DNA of 63,272 nt, filler included, from Sphacelaria rigidula (lineage: Eukaryota), in the NCBI GenBank assembly GCA_964200075.2. It is 6 parts of 6 records of this genome, joined end to end, with 100 filler letters (N's around TTAATTAATTAA, not from the genome) between each part and the next. Parts side by side here need not be neighbours in the genome. Positions count along the whole stretch, not along the records: positions 1 to 10,464 come from CAXNAA020006449.1; positions 10,565 to 21,028 come from CAXNAA020006450.1; 4 more parts are not named here. One strand, written 5' to 3'. This document shows positions 1 to 10,629 of the stretch, one piece after another. A model generated the notes under the pieces. That model saw nothing but the letters and a program-made list of their open reading frames with translations, made no database searches and was not told the DNA's origin. The first letter of the stretch is position 1. Every line of letters starts with the position of its first letter. Position numbers and translations under genes: made by a program.

Positions 1-24
1 AGAAGAATATGAACAGTCAAAGAC

Positions 25-293
25 TGTTGTTGTCGTCGTTGTTGTTGTTGTCTTAACATTAAAAACCGTTCCGATATCTGCGCGGTACATTCGCACTGGG
101 CATCTGATGCAGGCGCCTTCCGTGGTCACAGGCTAGCAAAAAGCCAAAAAAACAAAATAGACCCAGATGAAAAACTCACGAAACGCGATACAAGCAAAAC
201 AGGAATAAATAATAAAGAAGAAAGGGGGTACATATGGCTAACCCCAGAAGATCCGGTGCCGCAGGTGGCCATTCGGACTTCAGGGGGCGGCAC
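25..293 (-). mobile_element. SINE-like retroposon with (CAA)n tail, copy 1
   Basis: Reverse-complement match over ~260 bp to 33908-34165 in another contig; same 5' boundary (GTGCCRCCCCCTGAAG) and a CAA-microsatellite 3' tail. Confidence 0.8.
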
Positions 294-2156
294 TCGGCTT
301 TCCAACTCGACGAGCGACAAGTAGAAATGAAGACAGGGTCTGACTACGGGCGAGACTCAAGCCCCCCAAATTCCGCCAACCAAAGAACTAAGAATCGCAA
401 CGTTCCATCTTTCGGCCTCTCGAGAGACAGCCATACGTACAAGCATACCAGGTGTATCAAGACAAGAACTGTTGAAAGGGCGTATTGTTTGCGTGAATTG
501 ACGTAAAAGAAAGAACAAAAGATGGAATAAATGTCCGACGACACCGCCCCCGCAACACTTGCTCTTCCTCTGGTTTATCCTCCACGAGTACACCAAGCAC
601 GCAGACGGTATTCTTCGCCCAGCTTCTTGCTCCTTCGCCAGCAAAACTGTCCAGGAACGCGCTGGGAAAACTTCCACATGCTTCGAGCGGTCTGGTCGCG
701 AGCTCGTTCTTCGACTTCCGAACCCTACGATCTAGACTTTTTATTATGTACATACATAGCTTCATTTAGCGGTGTAGGCAGAAGCTTTTTATAGCCTCGA
801 ACAAGCAAATATCACAAGCGCGGTAAGGCGGGGGATAAGTGTGAAACACGTCGTAGCACCGCGAATGTACGTATTGGCTCTTCAACGTACTCTGCGTATA
901 TGTCGTATCTAAGACAGCTCACATACTCTGAACGTCGCCGCGCAAAAAAAAGGACCGTAAAGCTCCTCGTGTCGTGAGCTTTTATGCGAATAAAATGACC
1001 CACCTGCTACACAGCAGCATCATTGAACAGCGGCTGTGTACAGCAGACACCGCCACGCAGAGAACCATATGAGCAACGCACTAACCAGTTACAAACACAT
1101 GACTACTAGTCTATGCACCCTCCTACACGGAGGTACGGCCGCCCATCACACACATCTCTCCATCTGGTGTCAACGGCTGCTGACCTCCAGGACACGTAAC
1201 ACAACGGCTGTCGGTGTAAATGATCCCCACGCGCCCATACGTGTAAACTAACCCCCAAGCACTGATGATATGACTTACCTTACGCTGACCCACTACCAAC
1301 GTCACCGATTTTTTTTTTTTACTTTCCCCCAAGATCTCGATCGTGCAATATACTGTTTCAAACTCGTCAAGTATAGGCTAACCCTTTTAGTACGGTAGCT
1401 CCCTGAAAAATACATATATCGCTCCGAAATTATCGCGAGTCTTACGCAACGCTGATTGGCCAACGGGTACAGTGCCCGCCCGGAGTGTCAGCGGAGGGGG
1501 TGCCACCCCATCTGCGGCGAACCATGGGTTTGGCGAAAAAGACAGTCTAAAATTCCAGTCAAACTGTTTTTGCGTACCAAACTATAAAGAACTTTTATGT
1601 TGTAGAGACATGACGTGAGCCCTGAGCTGTGCGTGTGTAAACTCAACGAAGCAGCCTTCGCAACACACAAAAGAGCGTGGCGGGCGACGCAATCCGCTCT
1701 AAGCTCAGCAGGCGGTGATTCTCGAGAGTGACAGCGAAGCGACGCGTGTGCTGTGCCGCTCAACGGCTGAACCGCCGGAGGCGCCGCGGAAAATACGAAT
1801 CGTGGCGATTCTCCCCCCCCCCGCGATTTTTGAGATATCAGCAACGACTCAGTTGTGTCTCCAGCACTGCTGTGGAGCTGTGTGCACGGCAAGTGTGGCA
1901 GATATAGTGCCCACCCTCCTCGGCGGAGTGCCCCCAGGCCGTTTCAAGGGTTACAAGGACTACCACTGCAAGTCTAGGTCGAAAAACATGCCCAAATTTT
2001 AGGTCTCGCCAAATCTTCGCCGAACAGGCTTTCAGTACTAAAAGGGTTAAGTGGACTAAAATCTAGAAGTTGCGCTGGCAAACAATGTAGGGCACCCAAC
2101 ATTTGGTCAAATGTCGACATTTTGGCCGGAAATCGAATCTTGGTCAAGAATTTGCC

Positions 2157-2235
2157 AGGGTTATCCATTATTGGTCGTGGCCGGCCATGGCAGTGCGGTG
2201 GCAGTGCCGTGTCACGCCCAAAAATGGATAACCCT
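2157..2235. repeat. ~80-bp foldback / mini-MITE
   Basis: AGGGTTATCCATTATTGGTCGTGGC pairs with GTCACGCCCAAAAATGGATAACCCT (25-bp arms, 3 mismatches). Confidence 0.7.
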
Positions 2236-2299
2236 CGATTTTGCTAAAGATTCGCTTCCATAAACAGCGGTCAAACATATCTTGTTCACAAACTTTAAC

Positions 2300-3720
2300 A
2301 TTTTGTCGAAGATTTTTGCGCCATAAACACGAGTCTTAGTTCCCTTTCCATCATCCCCAGTCGACATGTCTCTACTCTCTTGTTCCTTGGGTGTACGTCG
2401 TGATAGCCGAAAAACCTCAATTCATCCGCTGCATCGGCAGGAGACACGCGCACGTGACGACCACGAGACGTGAAGATCGAACGGCCTGAGAAGGGATATC
2501 GACAGATCGAGGTACAATGGTGGCGTGGGTTGCGTACACCGGTGATAACGTCGCTGAGTTGCGAGTGAAAGAGCCACTCCGCAACTAGTATTCAGTCAAC
2601 TAAATCGGCACCATCTTGGGCAGAATTGTATACGATATCGCAGTACCGTAAACGGGTAGCTAAACCTCAACTCACGCGTGAGTGGCCACTCGCCACAACT
2701 GTCTAGCCCCATTCCGCCCCATCGTTAGATATGCGTGAGACAATACTTGCCGTCATCAGGTCAGGGCACCGTGTATTTGGAACCTGAATAGTATTTGCGT
2801 CAAAGGGTGAAGAACCATGAGCCACCCCCCAGGACACCTTTGTCGCCATGCAGCTACTGCTATTCGTGTCACCGCTTGTGAGCAGCGCACGTCAGCTCTC
2901 GTAGAGGCTGTGCGTCGGCCGATCGTTGTTGCTACGAGGAGGAACATCCAGCGTTGCCCAACTCGTCCCATCGCATGACTACCTCTCGATGGGCGGTGAA
3001 TAATAAATGCGGCTGTTCGTGTCTTTCACCTCAGCAGGTTAACCCCGGGCGAGGATGGTCACAGGTTCGACGTGCCTGCTGACGACGTTTGTCGAAAAGT
3101 CCAATGGCGGAACAAAGTGTTGCCGAATCGTACGTCGGCGAACCATCCTCCTGGCGACGTTTATTGGAATGCATTCATCGAGCAGAAGTGTTTGGATTTT
3201 CCATCTTCGCCCTTCTCGCAATTGTGGACGTTTTGTGGGGTCTTGTGACGGTGGCCAACTTCGCCTAGTGAGGACATTTCTGGTGGGCCGCCTTGGAACT
3301 GGTGGTCATATACATGAGCGGTAGATTCGTAGTGTTGTTAACGACTTTGTGGCCCACACCCTCGGCATGGAACCTTCTCTGTATATACTGCCCGCTGTGC
3401 TGGCAACGCCTGCGAGAATGTGATCCCCCTAGAAAGGAAAACCCTGCTGAAGTGGACGGCCCAGCTCGTGTTTGCGGCGGGGCTGTCGTAATGAATGTTG
3501 CGGGGGAAGGAGGGCTATCGTCCACCTCACTCACACCCGGCCAAAACGCCCAAAAGGTTAGCCGTTTCCAGTCGTTTTCAGTCGTGAGCCCAGTTGAATT
3601 GAGTGTGGTGGGAGCTCTTTCCTGAAAAATGAAAAAAACGACAAAATCGTCTTGCTCATGACAGAATTTTTCAGGACCCTTTTTTGACCCGCGCCCGCCC
3701 CTTCCGCTTTTTTGCAATCG
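2300..3720 (-). pseudogene. Decayed spliced gene of unknown function
   Basis: Protein-like stretches (ERAPTTLNSTGLTTENDWKRLTFWAFWPG...; ...EWLFHSQLSDVITGVRNPRHHCTSICRYPF...) with plausible GT/AG sites and scattered stops. Boundaries approximate; no family recognised. Confidence 0.35.
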
Positions 3721-4809
3721 TCGTTAGATCCGGGATAACGCCACGCTGATAAAGATAGCTCGCAACGGCTTCAACGTACGCGTCAACAAAATTCTCAAGG
3801 TGAAACCTTTAAGGGTGGCATCGATTGTGCTCTTGCGTTCTGCAAGCGCGGGTACTTTCACAGCTTCATGGCAAACAAATACTCCTTCAAGAGCGATGTC
3901 ACTTTTCTAATGCGGTACACAAAAAACTGCCTCAGGCAAACCTTCAATTGGTAGCGCTTTCCCAGTGTCACCGATGTGATTCGCGACTTGTCAAACATAA
4001 TATATCTATCGCTTATCGCGGTATCTTCTCTTTATCACACACATACACATTCTCTTTGAATGTGAAATGCTCATTCAAATTATAAATGCTGTCTTTTGCC
4101 CAAAGTATATTTTCCGAAAGATCTCAGACGTCCGCCTACTGATGATATAGATGGTTTTCGCACATCGTGTTCGAGCCGGGGAAATGGGAGGAGGCGTTTG
4201 CCCCGAAAATGTTGAAATTAATGGAATAGGCCTCAACCAAACCTTATACTTACATTAAGTGATCTTCAGCCGAGAGCAAGAGTACAATCGAGTTTGAACC
4301 GGGGCTGTACAAAAGCACTCCAAATACCCACTTATGCGCCGCTCCAGTGTCGCTTCTTGTAGTATGCTGTCCACATCAGATATCACCGAACATGCTCCAA
4401 CTCAAACAAAGCTCTCCTCCACGCAACAAGGCTCGGATAAGGCGTGTTGTCTTCCTTGATTTGGCCACGACAACAATACCGAAAATATCGTGGTTGCCCC
4501 GAAGAACAGGCCTTTTGGGGTTTGACAAACTGCCTCAGAATTGGGACGCTTGTCTCCGAATATGCCCCCGGGGCCAGCAAAAAAATCAAGGAGCACCGAC
4601 CTGCTCTGTTCCCTGGCCCTCCATCTATCATGTTCTTCACCCTGAGCATAGGGTTGCCGCCGCCACGCTTAGACATAGACCTCGAAATGCGTCCAGATGA
4701 ATATGGTTCACGGACTTCATTTTTTGCTTGTGATGCTTGCAAAGAGGCACATGGGCGAACTCGGTGAAATAGTCAACATCCCGGGAGCAATCGGCAAATT
4801 TCTTTCTTT

Positions 4810-6220
4810 ATGGAACCGAAATTATTGCATCCTCACCCCATTCGTCACGCCACAACATTTCTTCAGGAGTATCCTCCGGACAAGGATGAGGGGTGGCTCT
4901 GGTTTTGGTGTGTGGGTCTGCGGGCGGAGTACAAGCTATTTCCGCTCGCCTGCCTTGCGATCATACCGATAGGGATATCTGCGTGCGAGCTCTCCGGTAG
5001 CTACATGAGAGCAGGTGAGCGCGACCCTCCAAACGTTTCATGGATGATCGTCGTGACAATTGGCAGAGCAAAATTGTAGAGGCGGTGGCTCGAGGGTGCC
5101 CATCAAAACGAGCATGGTGCCCCCGAGCATAAAAGCCCATGCGTTGGTTGCGCGGCCGGTATTCAGCAAAGATGCCCCGACGTTTCACTGTCCGCACCCA
5201 TACCCTCTCCGAAAGTTTCGCCGAATTTTTCCAGAAGACAAGGACATGCGGGGACATGCGGGATATGTGCGTGACAAGTGTTTTAGGATCCAAAGTACGG
5301 AGTATTACATACGTCGTGTGTGGCACCCACTCGGCTGGAGGAAGTTCACTTTGTCAAATCCGGTAGGTGAACAATCTACTCCCTTTTCCCGTTTTTCTTT
5401 GCGCTCATCTATGTCGTCGCGAGAAGACTCGCCAGACCGGAACGTTCGTGGAGCTCATCTCCGTTTCCTTTGAAAACTGGCGCATTTATCCAACGAGGGC
5501 CGTTTACCAAGGGGGGGGGACACCGACCGCAAAGTATTGCCAATATTGATCAAGCGGGCTCGCACTCAATGAACATTAACGCGGTGTTGCTCACCCTATG
5601 TACTCGCAGCGCTCGGTCAGTCTGATGATCCTGACGCTGGCTCCGACGCAACCAGTGTTAAGGATCGCCATGAGAAGGTGGAACTGTTCCAGAAAATAGC
5701 CTCGATCGCCGAGGCATTGTCCGAGGGCGTCCCACAGTCATTGGTGCAGACTTGGGCTGGTTTCTACGACGGAGAGCTGAACGACTGGGTGTTTAGGGGT
5801 TCCTTTATGATTTCTACGGCATCTGTCGTGAAAGCCATCGTGGTATTTTGCCTACATCGCGAAAAAAAATGGAAGAGTTTTCGAGACTTGCATGCAGAAG
5901 ATGTTCTCTTTTTCAGAGCGCTGACAAATAGCGACTTCTTCTGGGATTCGGGTTTGATGAGTGATTTGAGGATCGAAGTTAGCCGCACTCCTGGCAGGTT
6001 TATCGAGGCGAGTCTTGATGACGTCAGAGTCAACATGGACTTGCTGTGCGACCCAGCTTCTGGTCTAGGCCGTGTGTGCAACGTAGCGTATTTGACTGGC
6101 GACCTGCAGGTGCACGGACCAACAGGAGATTTCCGCGTGGAAAAGAGTACTTATGAGACCGAACACACACTTTATGCCTGTAAAACTAAGCTTGACCTGA
6201 CTGACGATGATGACTACTAG
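4810..6220 (+). CDS. Unknown protein with short introns; terminal exon ~5621-6220
   Basis: 200-codon open terminal segment after a CAG acceptor (SDDPDAGS...ELFQKIASIAEALSEG...LDLTDDDDY*); upstream open segments separated by probable short introns. Exon chain not resolved. Confidence 0.45.
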
Positions 6221-6553
6221 ACCGTTCGTATGGTTCGTGAGATATTTGCGCGTCGGCTAGAGGTGTGCGTTCGCAGTGTATTTCGTCCCAGTTACAGAAG
6301 CATAGATACATACTAGATGGAAATTGCTGCTCTTCAGAACGGTCAAGACCGGGAGGTTGGATTGTTGAGTCTCATGGAATTTCAGTTTGGTCAATCGAGT
6401 GTTTCTGTAGAACATGTGGTAGTGACGGTTTGTGCACTGATTGGTTGTTGCTATATAGCTGTCGACGTATCATCAGCGACCGAAGATAGTGCGCACGCTA
6501 GAAAAGCCCATTCTTGTCTTGCCTCTTGTCAAACACCGTGACCCAAATAATTG

Positions 6554-7590
6554 CTACGGATTCGGTTCTATCCTGTGGCACTGGTCGCCATTGATGTAGT
6601 TGGAGCTTTCTCTCAAACCTTCTGCAAGCAAAGGGGGGAGTTCGAATATCTCATCATGCAATAAATAGATTCGCAATTTTGGGAGGGAAAAGCAAGCGTA
6701 GAACTTGTCAGAAAGCACGCACACAGGCTTCGACCCCGTTGTTTTTTTAAGAGAGCAACCGTCACAGAGGCAGCCGAGGGGTCGATCGAAAGGGGGGGGC
6801 TCGTTGTCTGCCGTTGCTAGTGGAGCAGCAGTGGTGGACCTAGAAACACGAATTTTGATGGGGGCCGAGGGCACAATAATCGTGGGAATCTCTGCCATAG
6901 AATCCGGGCCATGCCTCAAGCAACTTGCAGCATATCGCTGTGAACGGCTGGGTTTCTCCTTTTTACAAACACCTACCTCGGCACGCCGGCGGGTTCTCGT
7001 GCTGCCAACGGCGGTAGCTGGACCATCGTCAGTTGCGCCTTCATTCACGTGCGCGGCCGCAACAGAGTCCCAACCCGCGGGGCATGGCGGGGCGCACCCC
7101 GCATCTTGAACGCCAGCGACGACAGGGAGGGGCTCAGTCGCAAAAACCGAGGGGGCTGAGACGATGACGGCAGCGAGGCCCTCGTCATCCGTGTCCTCCT
7201 CGGTCGTGTTGGAATTGACGGTGGCGCAATCGTCGGCGAGGACGCCGTCTTCCGTCGCGTTCTCTCCGTCCTCCTCGTCCTGCTCATCCGCAGACCCCAC
7301 GGGGGCTGCGCCGGTGACAGCAGCGGGGTCGGCGGCGGCGTCCTCCGAGGGTGAAGCCGTGGGAGATGACGTGCTGAGAGTCGCGGGGGGCGGTGTCACG
7401 GGGGCGCTGGAGACGGAAGATGGGTCGGTGGCGGCGTCCTCCGCGGATGTAGCCGTGGGAGATGGCGTGCTGGGAGTCGCGGGGGGAGGTGTTACGGGGG
7501 CGCTGGAGACAATATACATTGCACGCATCCACCAAAGCGTTCACCTCGTCCGCGAAGAGGATGCCGGGTACATTGATGTTGTATCGAGCC
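6554..7590 (-). CDS. Unknown protein: Pro/Thr/Ser-rich repeat, acidic tract, Cys-rich C-terminus
   Basis: 324-aa ORF (6554-7528) with CLCDGC...C...C near the end; pyrimidine tract and CAG acceptor near 7590 suggest further upstream exons. Confidence 0.5.
7319..7510 (-). repeat. 96-bp in-frame tandem duplication (2 x 32 aa)
   Basis: VSSAPVTPPPATPSTPSPTATSAEDAATDPSS / VSSAPVTPPPATLSTSSPTASPSEDAAADPAA. Confidence 0.9.
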
Positions 7591-7757
7591 TGAAGCGTTG
7601 GGGCACGACAAAATGAGCAAAATGAGTAAAATGTGAACACGGACAACGAAAAAAAAGCCCATAGGAAAATCGTCTAGGACGGATACTTCAACAAGAAGGT
7701 CCGATGCGTGACACTCACAGAACGGACCACGACCTGATATGAGAAAGTGATATATAT

Positions 7758-7812
7758 ATCCCAATTTTTGGAGTTAGATCCCAATTTTTGGAGTTAGATC
7801 CCACTTTTTGGA
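7758..7812. repeat. 20-bp tandem repeat, ~2.7 copies
   Basis: ATCCCAATTTTTGGAGTTAG x2 plus a partial third copy. Confidence 0.9.
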
Positions 7813-8707
7813 TATGCTGTAAATGGCCAAAAAACGCCTGCCAATGGCCGAAAATTGGAAGTCCTTTTACCCCGGATGTTGGGAACGTGTTTCACTTGGG
7901 TTTAATGTAGGAATCGGGCGTTTTCATTTATCTTATGGGTAATGCCGTGCCAGAAACGGGAATCGTTAATTACGACTTATACCCGTCAAGATTTCTCAAC
8001 CAGTGTTCAAATTGTTGGGGAAATCGTATGTGGGGATGATCTACACAAAATGCTTGTACATTTCCAGCAGCTGGATATCGCGACCAATCTGCAAGACACA
8101 GCACCCATCTTGCAACCGCTTAAGCTTACATTCACCGTCCGGATCGGGATCCTCTCACCATGTGGTTTCGTCGGTGACACATTTATGTGGACCTACCTCC
8201 GAGTATTTCCAGTGGGTTGTCGGGTCCTTCGGGCAGGGGTCTGCGGCGCCGGACGGTTTTTGGAAAACGTATCGGCTAAAAACTTTCCCTGTTGAGGGAG
8301 TCACGAACCATCGCTGTTATACACGATACACATATATTTCAATTCATCCCAAAGTAGGCACTGTTAAAGAAAGACACAACAAATACATCTGTGACAAAAC
8401 ACGGCATTGTTAAAGACAGAACAGCCAGAAATCAGGTGGCGGTGCGCGAAGCAAGATCTCGAATACCCGGACATTTTTTTAAATGTTGTCTCGTGGGCTG
8501 AATAGTTGGTCTCGTAGTGGTGGCATACTTCAACACAGTCCCCCCTTTTGTATCCTGGACGGTGATCGGTGACGGCAAATTTCAATATAACAACCTCTTA
8601 CCAACTTGACCAATCTTGTAGTGATGGCATATTTCAACCTTTTTACCCCTTTTAAGTTGCTTTAATACTACGAGGCGAATCATCAAATATATATTTTGCT
8701 CACATTT

Positions 8708-8783
8708 TCCCATCATTTTATTGTAAATCGCTTAGAAGTTCCTTAGAAGTTAACTTCTAAGCGATTTACAAGAAATAATGGGA
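8708..8783. repeat. Inverted repeat with nested perfect palindrome
   Basis: TTGTAAATCGCTTAGAAGTT ... AACTTCTAAGCGATTTACAA (20-bp perfect arms, ~32 bp imperfect); the centre contains the palindrome CTTAGAAGTTAACTTCTAAG. Confidence 0.85.
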
Positions 8784-9377
8784 TTGAGATCGAGCAAAAA
8801 CGGCCAAAACAGTCATATTTCTTCTGAGAAAATGGACATTTTTCGGTCGTGTTCAGGGAGTTCAGGGAGCAAGTACTCATATACAGCCCATGCCAAGGTA
8901 ATTCGAGGGTTAAACGAGCAAAAATGGGGATTTTTGCCGCGAACATTTCGGATGAAGCGGAACTCGTGGCAAACGACAGAAAGCGGTATACCGCCCAGTC
9001 AAGGCGACAGTCGGCGGTACACCTGAATACACCTTGCGTTTAAACCACTGAGCTCGACGCTGATGATTGGTCAATTAAGCAATGTACCGGTTGTTGGCAC
9101 CCACCCCGGGCGATATAGTGCTTCCCGGCTTCTCAGCTCGGGCGTCACCGTTTTCTGTCGTGGTCGATACCGCTTTCTGGCGGAAGAGGCCCGCCACCAT
9201 CGGCCTGGCAAATGTTCAACCCGCTCAATCATCAGAGCCGCGTCACCGCCGGCATACCCGGAAAGACCCTCTCGGCACGTTGCACACTCAGTTTCCAAGT
9301 GCTTGAGTTCACAACAATAAACTCGTTGGGCTCCGTTTGATGAAAACAAATGTTGCCATGGTTCGTAAGATGGGGTC

Positions 9378-10115
9378 ATGTCAGATCACAGGTTTAGAGC
9401 CGCCGACCAAGCATTCATCAACGCCGCCTGCAAGTTGTACGGAGCACGACGACGAAACAAGCAACTGCCAGACGTGCTAAACGCGGTAACCGGCAACGAC
9501 CCTTGGCTGGCCCTCGTTGCTCCCGAAATATCGGACGGTGATGGAGCTGTAGACCTTTCGATCACGCCGGACTGCAACGAGTCCAGAGACACCGTTTTTG
9601 AAGACGTTACCCGGACGGAATCAATGGAAAATTTTTGCGAGGGCTGGCTATGCATTACAAACTGCGAGGGCTCAGCCTGAGCTTGACGTTGTTCCAGGTA
9701 TGCCGTCCGACGCATTTTATAACTTTTACGAAGATTCTTCTTTAGTCGTCGGTGTTGGAGATCACGTGGCGATGATCGATCTAGGGAAGTTTTCAGTGCA
9801 GCTGAGGAAATTGAAATTGGTTGCCCCCCACTCGATAGTCCGCATTGACGACGTACGCAGGTGGATGGAAGACCGTGGCCACTTGGAATTGGGACTCGGA
9901 AACAAGATTCCCTGGAGATCGACTGCGGTGTCCCCGAAGAAGATCAGTTGTCACCGATGAGACGTCTCGTGCACTCGGCTCTGGATATCGGCCCGAGCAA
10001 TCGAAACCCGCAATCAACACTTATTATCATTGTGCGATTCGGTACCCCGTTGACCAACGCCAATGTCGCTGCGCTTGCACAATTTGTGTCCCAAGAGGCC
10101 GAACCAGACAACTAA
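9378..10115 (+). pseudogene. Frameshifted intronless ORF of unknown function
   Basis: Three overlapping ORFs (9378-9680, 9598-9960, 9861-10115) read as one ~245-aa protein broken by two frameshifts; a divergent 102-aa ORF (9071-9379, minus) starts back to back. Confidence 0.4.
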
Positions 10116-10464
10116 GTTCTAACCCAGGGCAATATAGCCGTAGTCTTGACTCGTAGGACAACGTACATTCCTGCACGGGTTGTGACTTACGAGTTTTCCC
10201 ACGAAACCTATTGCGTCAGTGTGCAAACACCTGCCTGCGCCCGGTCGAGTTTTCCGCGCGCACGCCAACCCCGGGCGATATTGGCGACAAAGTGATCGGG
10301 AAAACGGGGTGTGAAAAACACAATCTCGAACAATTCTCTGTACCAGCTCTTGAACTGCGGAAGTTAATGCCAGGTTGCACTCTTACGGTGTTTTCCTTCC
10401 GAAAGGGGGGGGAGGGGTTGGGGGGGTGTACTCATGATCTTGCATGCCATATTCATGAGACCGT

Positions 10465-10564
10465 NNNNNNNNNNNNNNNNNNNNNNNNNNNNNNNNNNNN
10501 NNNNNNNNTTAATTAATTAANNNNNNNNNNNNNNNNNNNNNNNNNNNNNNNNNNNNNNNNNNNN
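10465..10564. other. Artificial contig spacer
   Basis: N44-TTAATTAATTAA-N44; stop codons in all six frames. Confidence 0.98.
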
Positions 10565-10629
10565 GGTCGTGTTTTGCATGAGAAAAAGAGCTCCGAACAA
10601 TTCTAACCTCAGAAAATATTTCTGCACCC

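Noticed and set aside
10509..10520. TTAATTAATTAA palindrome recurring about every 10.56 kb
   Set aside because: Assembly linker embedded in N runs.
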